Positions 27,382 to 40,800 of a stretch of DNA of 40,800 bases are shown piece after piece; within the stretch, counting starts at the first letter, position 1, and every line of letters starts with the position of its first letter. Position numbers and translations under genes: made by a program. The notes beneath the pieces are model-generated. The model made no database searches. It had not been told where the DNA came from and saw only the letters and a list, made by a program, of their open reading frames with translations. The stretch comes from Cytophagia bacterium. Its GTDB lineage: Bacteria; Bacteroidota; Bacteroidia; UBA7662. The DNA lies in assembly GCA_009926405.1 (NCBI GenBank), contig RFOZ01000003.1:1-40800 (forward strand). Direction: 5' to 3'.

Positions 27382-27757
27382 CACCGGCATAGACCGGACG
27401 CAAGGCCTGCATCGTGCAGCGCCCGGACAACTGAGCCCCTTCCTCAACCACCAACTTGGGAGCAGAAATGTCCCCGGTCACCTGGGCTGTTGCTGACAAC
27501 AAAATGGATTCGGTTGCCTCTATCGGACCGTTAACCTTGCCCAAAACATGAACATTTTGACAACGCACCGGCCCATGGATGGAACCTTGGGCCCCGATAA
27601 CCAGCCGGCCTTCGATTTTTACTTCCCCTTGAACGGTTCCATCCAAACGCAGGTCTCCTTTGCAGGACAAATTGCCTTCCAAAACAGCCCCTTCGGCCAT
27701 GGCATTCATGACAACGCCGGTTGCACGGCCTAGTTTAAGCGGTAATTGCATGTTCAT
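27359..27757 (-). CDS. Bactofilin (polymer-forming cytoskeletal protein)
   Basis: Beta-helix repeats LEGNLSCKGDLRLDGTVQGEV, GRLVIG, GKVNGPI and VTGDISAPKLVVEEGAQLSG. Confidence 0.92.
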   Translation of the reverse strand: MNMQLPLKLGRATGVVMNAMAEGAVLEGNLSCKGDLRLDGTVQGEVKIEGRLVIGAQGSIHGPVRCQNVHVLGKVNGPIEATESILLSATAQVTGDISAPKLVVEEGAQLSGRCTMQALRPVYAGDAHAKTA

Positions 27758-27761
27758 TGAG

Positions 27762-27769
27762 CAAATTTA
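27762..27769 (-). promoter_or_regulatory. -7 box (TAAATTTG) for the bactofilin-atp transcript
   Basis: Exact TAnnTTTG match in the 15-bp gap, 4 nt before ATG 27757. Confidence 0.6.
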
Positions 27770-27772
27770 AGG

Positions 27773-28264
27773 TTAACCCCTGGCCTTTCGGTTGGCAAAT
27801 TCCTTTTCAACTTCCAAGCGAAGCAAGGAATCAGCCCATCCACTGGGATCCAGCAAGCTATCTGGGTGATAATTCTGTCCCACCGTCGGTAGCGGTAGGT
27901 CTTGGTACAGCAAAGAATCTTCACCCAACCACTCCATTCTCAAAACAGACCATTGGTTCCGACTGGTTTGGAGATGCTCTTCGAGCGAATCGAGGCGTCG
28001 GGTCTGTTCCACGACTTGTCGCTGCCAATCCCGGTTCGCAGAACCCGGCATATAACCCCCCAACGGCGTGTACAAAAGGAGGGCCCCAAAAAAAAGCCAG
28101 CCCAGGACTAATACGGTGCTAAGCAGGAAAAACCAATTGAGCGGTCGAAGCCGAATATTCACTATGGCATCCAATTCGCCTTCGGTGCGAACAATAATCC
28201 GGTAATCCAAGCGCATTTTTCGCCAGAAACGGAGGAAGCGAGGACCGAAACGCAGGAATTTCAT
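27773..28264 (-). CDS. Single-TM coiled-coil protein resembling the N-terminal half of the Bacteroidota bactofilin-linked M23 peptidase, without the M23 domain
   Basis: Basic N-terminus, YRIIV...IRLRPLN, a TM ending YTPLGGYMPG, RLDSLE and DSLLRLEVE. No HxxxD/HxH catalytic domain follows. The similarity is recalled, not searched. Confidence 0.6.
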   Translation of the reverse strand: MKFLRFGPRFLRFWRKMRLDYRIIVRTEGELDAIVNIRLRPLNWFFLLSTVLVLGWLFFGALLLYTPLGGYMPGSANRDWQRQVVEQTRRLDSLEEHLQTSRNQWSVLRMEWLGEDSLLYQDLPLPTVGQNYHPDSLLDPSGWADSLLRLEVEKEFANRKARG

Positions 28265-28274
28265 GAGTTTGGCC

Positions 28275-28290
28275 GCAATTTATAACTTTA
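28275..28290. promoter_or_regulatory. Candidate back-to-back -7 boxes: TAAATTGC (minus, 28275-28282) and TAACTTTA (plus, 28283-28290)
   Basis: Two near-consensus boxes abut in the 54-bp divergent gap. Confidence 0.4.
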
Positions 28291-28318
28291 CCTCCGTTAT
28301 TGGAGGTTATCCGATTTC

Positions 28319-31042
28319 ATGCGCCACCCGGACCCCCGCTCGTTGATCTCCTCCCCGCCTCCGCGGGTCTTTATCGGTATGGTGTATCGATTTGGATGCA
28401 GCATTGTGGGGGCTGGACGTTGGCAGGCGTTAGGAATCATGGTCTTGGTCGCAACCCTGTGCGTTGGAAAACCCGCCCAAGCGCAGAGTTGGGCCAAACG
28501 CCAATACCAAAACCTAACAGCCCGATTCAATGGCTTGTACTACGCCCGCTTGCGTTACGATGAAGCAATGCAAGAAATCCATCGAAACCACAAAGACGAT
28601 TATGCCCAATGGCTCCCGGTCTTTGTCGAATCCTTGGATGCCTCGGTTGCTTCAGGAAATTCAGCCTTTGAAGAATCCATCAAAAAATGTTCCAACCTGA
28701 TTCAACGCAAGGAACACAGCCGCTGGGTGGACGATGGATTCTTGCTTATCGGGCAATGTTATTATTTGAGGCGAGAATATTTCGACGCCATCGAGACCTT
28801 TCAATATGTTATCAAACGCTACAAGGGCCAACCCAACGCGGACCATGCCGCCGCTTGGTTGGTTCGATCGTATACCGCATCCGGTCAATACGGGCCAGCC
28901 CAGGGCGTCTTTGAAAGGGCCCTTGAAAACCCCAAGGCGGGGGCCCGCAGCCGAGCGATGCTCTACTTGGCGGCAGCCGAATGCCAATTGGCCCAAAAAC
29001 GCCCGGTCAAAGCGGCCGAATACCTCGAAGACGCTCTGCAATACCCCATGGCAGCCGCCCAACGCCGAAGAACGCATTTTTTGTTAGGGCAGATTTATCT
29101 ACAGATTGAAAGCCGCAAAGCCCCGATCCATTTTCAAAAAGCACTGCGTGGACGACCCGATCCCGAACTCCGTTTCCAATGCAAAATCAAATCCGTCACG
29201 GCTTTCACCGATGCTCGCAGCGGGGCCCGCAATGCCCGACGCATCCTTAACAACTTAATCAATTCCAAAAAGTACTTTGCCTACCGCGATGTCCTTTATT
29301 TTGAATTAGCCCTGCTTGACCGAGCCGACAAAAAAAAGCTAGATGCCGAAAAAAACCTTCGACAATCACTAGCTTATTCCTTGGAAATCAACGCCCAACG
29401 CAAAAAAACATGGCTGGCCCTGGCCGATGCCTGCTTTGAGCAAAAACGATACGAAGAGGCCCGGATTTTTTACGATAGTTTGAGCTCCAATATTGACAAA
29501 GAATACCCCCGCTTCAAAGAAATCCGTAACAAACAAGCTTACCTAGGCGAAATGGTTCGCCACTTAAATACCATCGAGGTTCAGGATTCATTGTTGGAAC
29601 TGGGTGCCTTACCCGAAAATAAATTAACCACGCGGCTTACCAAAATTCTGGACGAGGAGCGCAAGGAGGCCGCCCGTATCAAAGCCAAAGCCGAAGATTC
29701 AGCCAAAACAGCTCGCTCCGCCTCCAACACCAACCAGTGGGTCGATCCACTCCTACTTCAGCGTACCATGAACAATTCAACGGTAGCATCAGCGGGTGGG
29801 GATTGGCATTTTTACAACAACCAACTAATAGGCAGCGATTACAACCAGTTTTTGCAAATCTGGGGCAAACGGGCCAACGCCGATCATTGGAGGCGATCCG
29901 CCGGAAACCAAAACACGATGGAAGAAGGTCCGATAGGAATCAACCCTGCTTCGGTCGATTCCGAGGAGGACCCCCTAATGGACTCCCTCAACAAACTCCC
30001 ACGGACGGTCGAAAACCTGATGTTACGAATACCCCGGGACGAGGCCTCACGAAACAAGGCTTTGGCCGCCATCCGCAAGGCCCACCTAGCCCTTGCCCGC
30101 CTCTACAAAGATCGCTTTGGTGACTACCGAGCTGCGCTCCCCTGGGTGGAAAATCACCTGGAACGCTTTCCGGGCAGTTCGACGGAACCCGAAGTTTTGT
30201 ACCAAGCTTTTCGTTGTTACGAAGGCCTGGATCGCCGTGATCGTCGGGATCAAAGCGCCCGCCTCCTGGATAGCTTATACCCTGAATCACCCTTCACGGC
30301 CATGATTCATGGCAAAAGCCCTGCAAACTCCGATTCAATGCGCATGGCCGCTGAAACCCATTACCGTCGTTGTTACCAACTCTACAGGGCGGGCCGCTAC
30401 GACTCGGTGGTCTACGAATGCAAATGGGCCAAATCCCGCTTTGGCTCCGATACTTTGATGCCTTACTTTGGGTTTTTGGAAAGTGTTTCTGCTTCCCGCA
30501 AAGACAGCACCCTGCTCTTCCAAAGTTTGGAGTCCTATGCCAGCCAAACAGCCCAGCCATCCATTGCCTACGCTGCCCAATCCATGCTGGATGCCTTGTT
30601 CCCTCAAAAATCCAAGGCAAGAGCCGGGAGTGGCCAGGCCGATGAAACAGGCCGGGTCAAAGACCGCTACGAATTCAAAGGGGATACCATGCAACCTCAC
30701 TACCTTGTGTTACGAATGAACGCTTCTGTTTACCAAAAAAACATAGAGATTGGGGTCAAATTGAGCCGCTTCGCCGAAAAAAATTATCGTCGGCTTGGTG
30801 TCAAAATCTCCTACCCCATCTACCGGGAAGTGGAGCAATTGGTCCTCGTGAAAGAAGCTCCCGACCGTCTCATCGCGCTTCAATTCTGGCAACAAGCCAA
30901 AAACGATTCCGAACTTTTCAGGGATCTCCCTGCCGGTTCCTACGATTGGTTCTATGTTGCTCGCGATGATTTTAACAAGCTATACAAAAACCTATCGCTC
31001 AACGATTACTTGATCTTGTTCCAACGGGAACACCAACCCTGA
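28319..31042 (+). CDS. porW: TPR protein, type IX secretion/gliding component PorW/SprE-like
   Basis: Motifs YQNLTARFNGLYYA, SRWVDDGFLLIGQCYY, multiple TPRs, QDSLLEL and WHFYN...F...WGKRANADHWRRS. Start is 28319 or ATG 28379. Confidence 0.75.
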   Translation: MRHPDPRSLISSPPPRVFIGMVYRFGCSIVGAGRWQALGIMVLVATLCVGKPAQAQSWAKRQYQNLTARFNGLYYARLRYDEAMQEIHRNHKDDYAQWLPVFVESLDASVASGNSAFEESIKKCSNLIQRKEHSRWVDDGFLLIGQCYYLRREYFDAIETFQYVIKRYKGQPNADHAAAWLVRSYTASGQYGPAQGVFERALENPKAGARSRAMLYLAAAECQLAQKRPVKAAEYLEDALQYPMAAAQRRRTHFLLGQIYLQIESRKAPIHFQKALRGRPDPELRFQCKIKSVTAFTDARSGARNARRILNNLINSKKYFAYRDVLYFELALLDRADKKKLDAEKNLRQSLAYSLEINAQRKKTWLALADACFEQKRYEEARIFYDSLSSNIDKEYPRFKEIRNKQAYLGEMVRHLNTIEVQDSLLELGALPENKLTTRLTKILDEERKEAARIKAKAEDSAKTARSASNTNQWVDPLLLQRTMNNSTVASAGGDWHFYNNQLIGSDYNQFLQIWGKRANADHWRRSAGNQNTMEEGPIGINPASVDSEEDPLMDSLNKLPRTVENLMLRIPRDEASRNKALAAIRKAHLALARLYKDRFGDYRAALPWVENHLERFPGSSTEPEVLYQAFRCYEGLDRRDRRDQSARLLDSLYPESPFTAMIHGKSPANSDSMRMAAETHYRRCYQLYRAGRYDSVVYECKWAKSRFGSDTLMPYFGFLESVSASRKDSTLLFQSLESYASQTAQPSIAYAAQSMLDALFPQKSKARAGSGQADETGRVKDRYEFKGDTMQPHYLVLRMNASVYQKNIEIGVKLSRFAEKNYRRLGVKISYPIYREVEQLVLVKEAPDRLIALQFWQQAKNDSELFRDLPAGSYDWFYVARDDFNKLYKNLSLNDYLILFQREHQP

Positions 31043-31046
31043 GCCT

Positions 31047-33269
31047 ATGCCTTCGCCAACGCCCATCGAAAAAACCCCCAACCAAACCCCGTCCTGGACC
31101 CGCAAAGTATGGGGAATTTACCTTGCTTTGTTGGCCATCGGCTTTGGGATTTTGTTCCTGACGGCAGCCGGCGGACTGGGGGAAATGCCCTCCTTTGAGG
31201 ATCTCGAAAACCCCAAAAGCAATCTTGCGACCGAAATTATTGCTTCCGATGGGCAAGTCATCGGTAAATTTTATCTTCAAAACCGATCCTACACCAAGTT
31301 TCATGAAATATCACCGCATGTGATTCATGCGTTGTTGGCGACGGAAGATGTTCGCTTCTATCGACATTCGGGGATTGACCTTCGGGCCCTCTTACGGGCG
31401 GTGGTTTTTATGGGGCGCGAAGGTGGTGCATCCACCATCACCCAACAATTAGCCCTCAATCTTTTTAACGGACAGCGTGCTCGTTCCAAGCCGGCCCGTC
31501 TACTCCAAAAGGTCAAGGAATGGATCATTGCCGTCCAACTCGAAAAGCGTTATACCAAACAAGAAATCCTGGCCATGTACCTCAACACGGTGGAATTTGG
31601 TTACAACTCCTTTGGAATCAGCGCAGCATCGCGCACCTACTTTGATAAAGATGTGAGCTCGTTGGATGTCCACGAGGCTTCGCTTTTGGTGGGCCTGCTC
31701 AAAGGCATCACTTTTTATTCTCCGGTTCGCCATCCGGATCGATGCATCAACCGCCGAAACACCGTCATCGGGCAAATGGTCAAATACCGTTTCCTGGACC
31801 AAGAGGTCGGGGATCGCTACAGCGCCATGCCCCTGTCCTTGAGGCTCCGACCCCAATCGCATGCTGCTGGCACCGCCACGTATTTCAGGGAATACCTGCG
31901 TCAAGAACTCAGTGAATGGATCAAAACCCAAGTCAATCCAGAGGGAGAACCTTACAACCTGTACCGGGACGGTCTCAAAATTTACACCACCTTGGATTCC
32001 CGAATGCAATCCTACGCCGAAGAAGCGGTGCGAACCCAAATGAAATCCTTGCAAGCCCTGTTTGACGAGCATTGGAAAGGCCAGGACCCCTGGGGCGAGT
32101 TCACCGATATCCTGGACCAGGGAATGCGTCGCTCCAAACGATACCGAAGGCTCAAGGATCTGGATTGGTCGGAGTCGGCCATCCGCAGGCACTTTGACGA
32201 ACCCACGGATATCAGGCTCTTTACCTGGAAAGGTTTTGTGGATACCTTGATGACACCGATGGATTCCATTCGATACGCCAAAAAATTCCTGCATACCGGA
32301 TTTATGGCGATGGATCCCCACAACGGCCATATCAAAGCCTGGGTAGGTGGCATCGATATGGATTTCAGTCAATACGACCATGTCAACACCCAGGCGAAAA
32401 GACAAGTCGGATCTGCTTTCAAGCCCTTGGTATATACGGTGGCCGTGGACAATGGTTTTGATCCCTGCTTACCCATTCCCAACCTACCTGTCACCTTCGA
32501 AGCCTTTGAAAATTGGACCCCTAAGAATTACGACGGCAAGATTGGCGGTTCCATGAGCATGTTCCGGGGGCTTGCTCTTTCGATTAACAACATCGTGGCC
32601 TATCTGATGAAGCAAGTGGGGCCCGAACCGGTCCTCGAACTGAGCCGCAAAATGGGCATCACATCGCCCATGGAGCCCTATCCCAGCCTATGCTTGGGGA
32701 GTTTTGATATGAGTGTCTATGAAATGGTTGGGGCCTACGCCACCTATCCCAACCAGGGTGTTTGGACCAAACCCATGATGATTACACGCATCACCGACCG
32801 GCAGGGCAATGTTCTGATGGAGAATTTTCCCGAAACCAAGGATGTCTTGAGTGAAGAGACCGCCTATGTCATGACTAAACTTTTACAAAAAGTCGTGGAC
32901 GGGGGAACAGCCTCTCGCCTTCGGTACCGTTACAACTTAACAGGAGATTTGGCAGGCAAAACCGGTACCACCCAAAACAATTCAGACGGCTGGTTCATCG
33001 GCTTTCATCCGAATTTGGTTGCCGGCGCGTGGGTGGGAGCGGATGATCGAGCGGTGCATTTTCGGAGCACCAGCTTGGGCGGTGGAGCCAATACCGCTTT
33101 GCCCATTTTTGGGCTTTTTATGCAAAAGGTTTACGGGGACAGCCGTTTGGGTATCAAACCGGCAAGCTTCAAAGCACCTGATGGAGGAATCTCCATCAAC
33201 ATGGATTGCTCGGGGTATGCGTACGAAAAAGCCCAGGACGAAGATACCTGGGGCGATGCCGCCGACTAG
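31047..33269 (+). CDS. Class A penicillin-binding protein (PBP1A family)
   Basis: Transglycosylase motifs EDVRFYRHSGID, GASTITQQL, KVKE and YLN; transpeptidase motifs SAFK, SIN and KTGT. Confidence 0.95.
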   Translation: MPSPTPIEKTPNQTPSWTRKVWGIYLALLAIGFGILFLTAAGGLGEMPSFEDLENPKSNLATEIIASDGQVIGKFYLQNRSYTKFHEISPHVIHALLATEDVRFYRHSGIDLRALLRAVVFMGREGGASTITQQLALNLFNGQRARSKPARLLQKVKEWIIAVQLEKRYTKQEILAMYLNTVEFGYNSFGISAASRTYFDKDVSSLDVHEASLLVGLLKGITFYSPVRHPDRCINRRNTVIGQMVKYRFLDQEVGDRYSAMPLSLRLRPQSHAAGTATYFREYLRQELSEWIKTQVNPEGEPYNLYRDGLKIYTTLDSRMQSYAEEAVRTQMKSLQALFDEHWKGQDPWGEFTDILDQGMRRSKRYRRLKDLDWSESAIRRHFDEPTDIRLFTWKGFVDTLMTPMDSIRYAKKFLHTGFMAMDPHNGHIKAWVGGIDMDFSQYDHVNTQAKRQVGSAFKPLVYTVAVDNGFDPCLPIPNLPVTFEAFENWTPKNYDGKIGGSMSMFRGLALSINNIVAYLMKQVGPEPVLELSRKMGITSPMEPYPSLCLGSFDMSVYEMVGAYATYPNQGVWTKPMMITRITDRQGNVLMENFPETKDVLSEETAYVMTKLLQKVVDGGTASRLRYRYNLTGDLAGKTGTTQNNSDGWFIGFHPNLVAGAWVGADDRAVHFRSTSLGGGANTALPIFGLFMQKVYGDSRLGIKPASFKAPDGGISINMDCSGYAYEKAQDEDTWGDAAD

Positions 33270-33529
33270 GAATCCTCTCCTAGGCCAGGGCTGAGGACAA
33301 TGACTTTGTTTTGCAGAACTTCCACCACACCGCCCAGAAGACGGAAGCGGATTGGTTGACCTTGATCGTTCTTGACTTCCAAGGTGCCTGGATTCTGCAA
33401 GGAGGCTATAATCGGCGCGTGATCGCGCAATACCTCAAAGGGGCCGTCGTTACCGGGGACTTTGACAGAGACCACCGAGCCCTCAAAAACTGTTTTCTCA
33501 GGGGTTAGAACCTTCAATTCAAGGGCCAT
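33266..33529 (-). CDS. atpC: ATP synthase F1 epsilon subunit (short form)
   Basis: Motifs VLTPEK, VPG..G.FEVLRDHAPIIASL and GGVVEV; 87 aa, directly after atpD. Confidence 0.93.
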   Translation of the reverse strand: MALELKVLTPEKTVFEGSVVSVKVPGNDGPFEVLRDHAPIIASLQNPGTLEVKNDQGQPIRFRLLGGVVEVLQNKVIVLSPGLGEDS

Positions 33530-33532
33530 GGC

Positions 33533-37639
<4,107 letters not shown>

Positions 37640-37650
37640 GTCGGAGGATT

Positions 37651-37658
37651 TACCTTTG
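37651..37658 (+). promoter_or_regulatory. -7 box (TACCTTTG) for kynU and the downstream receptor
   Basis: Exact TAnnTTTG match 8 nt before ATG 37667. Confidence 0.65.
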
Positions 37659-37666
37659 AACGGCCT

Positions 37667-38951
37667 ATGCACCTTCAAAAAGTTCCTAAACCCATGAACC
37701 CAAACGACGCTAGCCTCGTGGATCGGGGCGATGACCTGGCGACTTTTCGTTCCGAATTTGCTTTCCCTGTCCGAACGGATGGAACACCGTGGGTTTATCT
37801 CTGCGGAAATTCCCTGGGGTTGATGCCTCTGGCCGTACCCGCTGCCATGCAAGTGGAATTGGATTCATGGGCCCGCTACGGGGTCGAAGGGCATTTTGAA
37901 GGACCCCATCCTTGGATGCCCTACCACCGCAGGCTTACAGCCCCGTTAGCCCGGTTAATGGGTGCTTTGGAATCCGAAGTCGTTTCGGCCCATACGTTAA
38001 CGGTGAATCTGCATTTGCTCATGGCCGGCTTCTACCGTCCCCAAGGGCAGCGCACCAAGATTTTGGTAGAGGCCGGGGCCTTTCCTTCGGACCAATACGC
38101 CGTGGATAGCCAACTCAAACACCACGGCATCGATCCCGCCAAGGGCCTGATCGAAGTGGATACTATCGTAGAGCGCTCGGCAGACCCCACCATACCCCTG
38201 GTGGAAGCCATCCGTCAAGCGGGGGACCACTTAGCGATGGTCCTGTTGGGAGGCGTTCAATACTACAGCGGGGCCTTCTACGATATCCCGACGGTGGTCC
38301 GCGAGGCCCACAAAGTCGGTGCTTTGGTAGGCCTGGACCTGGCCCATGCGGCCGGAAATGTCCCGCTATATCTTCACGATTGGGGGGTGGACTTTGCTTG
38401 CTGGTGCTCTTATAAATACCTCAATTCCGGGCCGGGTGGTCCTGGCGAACTTTTTGTGCACGAGCGGCATCACCAACGCCGGGACCTGGGCCGCTTCGAA
38501 GGTTGGTGGGGGCACGAGGAAAAAAGTCGTTTTGAAATGCCAAGGCATACCCGCTTCGGGCGCCGAAGCTTGGCAACTTAGCAATGCTCAGGTGATGGCC
38601 ATGGCCCCCCATGCGGTGGCTTTGGAGATCCACGACCGGGCCGGCATGGAACGACTGCGAGACAAGTCCCTGCGTTTAACCTCCTTTTTGGAACAACTTC
38701 TGCAAGACTTTCTAGACCAACATCCCGAACTTGAAGGCCGACTGCTGACGCCATCGAATCCCGAACGCCGTGGTTGTCAACTCTCTCTCAACCTAAGTCA
38801 TCGGGGCCGGGATGTTTTTGATCACCTTCACCAACATGGTATTCTGGCCGATTGGCGTAACCCGGATACGATTCGGATGGCCCCTGTTCCCCTTTACAAT
38901 TCTTTTGCTGATTTGGAACGCGTTCGAACTGTGTTACTATCTTTTGTATGA
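37667..38951 (+). pseudogene. kynU: Kynureninase split by a frameshift near 38540-38547 (pseudogene or sequence error)
   Basis: Frame A carries YLCGNSLGL, LTVNLHL, FPSD, DLAHAAGN, WCSYKYLNSGPG and GWWGH, and stops at 38581. The conserved continuation GAEAWQLSN, RGCQLS and DWRNPDTIRMAPVPLYNS is in the +1 frame, ending at 38951. Confidence 0.88.
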
Positions 38952-40800
38952 GAATCAATCCATTCCATTGGACCTGCCTACGGAGTCTTTTTTGGATTTT
39001 CCTGCTATCGACCGCCGCCACAGCCCAGGTCCGTCGGCATACCATCAGCGGTTATGTCAAAGATTCCCATACCGGTGAAATGCTGGTGGGCGCCAGTCTC
39101 TGGTTGCCAGAAATCCAAAGCGGTACCTCCACCAATGCCTACGGATTTTATTCCATCACCCTCACCCAGGGTTCCTACAACCTCCAGGTTAGTTATGTGG
39201 GTTTCCAGACCAAAACATTGCATGTGGACCTTGATAGCAGCCGAAGTTTGAATTTTGAATTACTGCCTCTCAACGATTTGCAGGAAATACAGGTGATGGA
39301 TGATCGAATAAGCCGTCAGGCCAGGGAGGTTCAGATGAGCAAAATTGAACTGACCCCCCAACAAATTCAGCAAATCCCCATGTTGTTTGGAGAAAAGGAT
39401 TTGCTCAAAACCTTTCAATTAATGCCGGGCGTCCAAAAAGGCAACGAAGGCAGTTCGGGTATTTATGTGCGGGGTGGCGGTCCGGATCAAAACCTCATTC
39501 TATTGGACGAAGCGACGGTGTACAATGCCTCGCATTTGTTCGGTTTTTTTTCGGTCTTTAACGGAAATGCCATCAAAAATGCGAGCCTGACGAAGGGAGG
39601 ATTTCCCGCCCGCTACGGTGGTAGGCTTTCCAGTGTTCTCGACATTACCATGAAGGACGGCAACAGCAGGGACTGGTGTACCGAAGGCAGTGTGGGGAAT
39701 ATTTCTGCAAATTTCACCGTGGAAGGTCCCCTCGACAAAGACAAGGCCTCCATGATTATCTCGGGGCGTCGCACCTATTTTGATTTATTGACGGCACCCC
39801 TGCTTCTAAGCGGAGGGGAGGGTCTGGGGGGCTATTATTTTCAGGACCTCAACGCCAAATTCAATTACCAATTGGATGACCGTAATCGCCTCTACTTGAG
39901 CGGTTACCTTGGCCAGGATAAATTTTACGCGACGACCTTTGGCTCCAGCCCCCTCGAAAGAACCACCGCCTCCCTAGGATGGGGCAACAAAACGGGAACC
40001 CTGCGCTGGAATCATCAAGCGAACAGCCGAACCTTTGTAAACAGCAGTCTTATCCTAAGCGATTATACGTTTCTGGTGCAACTGAAATCCAACGAAGGCA
40101 ACGAGGTTTTTGATCTCCGCTACAATTCAACCATCCGGGATATCGGCGTCAAGGTGGACTTGGATTGGCTTCCTGTTCCGGAACACAAAATAAAAGCAGG
40201 CTTCCAATCCATTCGCCACACCTTTATTCCAACCGCCTTTGTACTCAAGAATTCTTTGGCACCGGATTTCAATTTTGATAGAGTGGCCCGTGAATATTCC
40301 CTTGAAAGCGGACTTTATGTTGAAGATGAATGGAGGTTGAGCGATCGATGGCTGCTGCACCCCGGTCTGCGCGTTTCCACCTTTACGGCCGGAACCAAAA
40401 CCTACGCCCGTCCCGAACCACGGATAGCCGCCCGTTATCTTTTGGGAGAGAATCAATCGATCAAGGCTGCCTATACCGAAATGAACCAGTACCTGCACTT
40501 GCTTTCCAATTCGGGTACCGGCCTTCCGACGGACCTGTGGGTACCGGCCAACGAAAAAGTAGGCCCTCAATTTTCAAGACAAATTGCCTTGGGCTATTCC
40601 CTGGACCTGCCCCAAAAATCCTGGAGTCTATCCACCGAAGCTTATTTTAAAAAGACCAACGGTAACATTGCTTACCGACCCGGGGCTAGTTTTTTGTTGG
40701 TTGATTTCGAAGAAATTTTTGACGAAAGCGGAATTCCCAAAATTCAATGGGAACAGCAAGTCATCAGTGGATTCATGGAATCGGTTGGATTGGAAATTCT
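38948..40800 (+). CDS. TonB-dependent receptor, 3'-truncated by the window edge (missing from the ORF track)
   Basis: Manual translation from ATG 38948 (ATGA overlap with the kynU stop): signal ...STAATAQ, TISGYVKD..TGE.LVGA, TNAYGFYSITL, GEKDLLKTFQLMPGV, YVRGGGPDQNLILLD and KGGFPARYGGRLSSVLDI. Confidence 0.92.
   Translation, partial: MRINPFHWTCLRSLFWIFLLSTAATAQVRRHTISGYVKDSHTGEMLVGASLWLPEIQSGTSTNAYGFYSITLTQGSYNLQVSYVGFQTKTLHVDLDSSRSLNFELLPLNDLQEIQVMDDRISRQAREVQMSKIELTPQQIQQIPMLFGEKDLLKTFQLMPGVQKGNEGSSGIYVRGGGPDQNLILLDEATVYNASHLFGFFSVFNGNAIKNASLTKGGFPARYGGRLSSVLDITMKDGNSRDWCTEGSVGNISANFTVEGPLDKDKASMIISGRRTYFDLLTAPLLLSGGEGLGGYYFQDLNAKFNYQLDDRNRLYLSGYLGQDKFYATTFGSSPLERTTASLGWGNKTGTLRWNHQANSRTFVNSSLILSDYTFLVQLKSNEGNEVFDLRYNSTIRDIGVKVDLDWLPVPEHKIKAGFQSIRHTFIPTAFVLKNSLAPDFNFDRVAREYSLESGLYVEDEWRLSDRWLLHPGLRVSTFTAGTKTYARPEPRIAARYLLGENQSIKAAYTEMNQYLHLLSNSGTGLPTDLWVPANEKVGPQFSRQIALGYSLDLPQKSWSLSTEAYFKKTNGNIAYRPGASFLLVDFEEIFDESGIPKIQWEQQVISGFMESVGLEI

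Noticed and set aside
33266-33529. AtpC lacking the C-terminal helical domain as a truncation
   Set aside because: Short epsilon subunits are normal in this phylum.

Overview
This is a gene-dense, mostly housekeeping region from a Bacteroidota bacterium. The assignment rests on TAnnTTTG -7 promoter boxes, a PorW/SprE-like T9SS gene, a split atpDC / atpBEFHAG ATP synthase, TonB-dependent receptors and a DUF2911 gene. Left to right: a partial 3-hydroxybutyryl-CoA dehydrogenase, pruA, MmcQ/YjbR plus a GT2 converging on a GT-C-like membrane protein, parC, a DUF2911 / secreted PIG-L deacetylase / 38-aa membrane peptide / Na+:solute symporter run, an enoyl-CoA hydratase, a carotenoid cluster (ECF sigma, crtI, crtB, exported unknown, crtD, cruF), ald, tsaE, and atpBEFHAG preceded by an M23-like protein lacking its catalytic domain, a bactofilin and atpZ/I-like genes. 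Then come porW, PBP1A, atpC, atpD, an outer-membrane beta-barrel, a frameshifted kynU and a TonB-dependent receptor that runs off the right edge (absent from the ORF track). I saw no rRNA, tRNA, CRISPR array, IS element or prophage. The best leads are: a QxxLF clamp-type motif on a disordered ParC tail; shared cis-motifs in a carotenoid cluster that lacks an adjacent MerR/CarH gene; the PIG-L/peptide/SSS module; the catalytically truncated M23-bactofilin pair; the kynU frameshift; and four convergent junctions with no intergenic space. Family assignments come from recognised motifs and recalled family knowledge, not from database searches.
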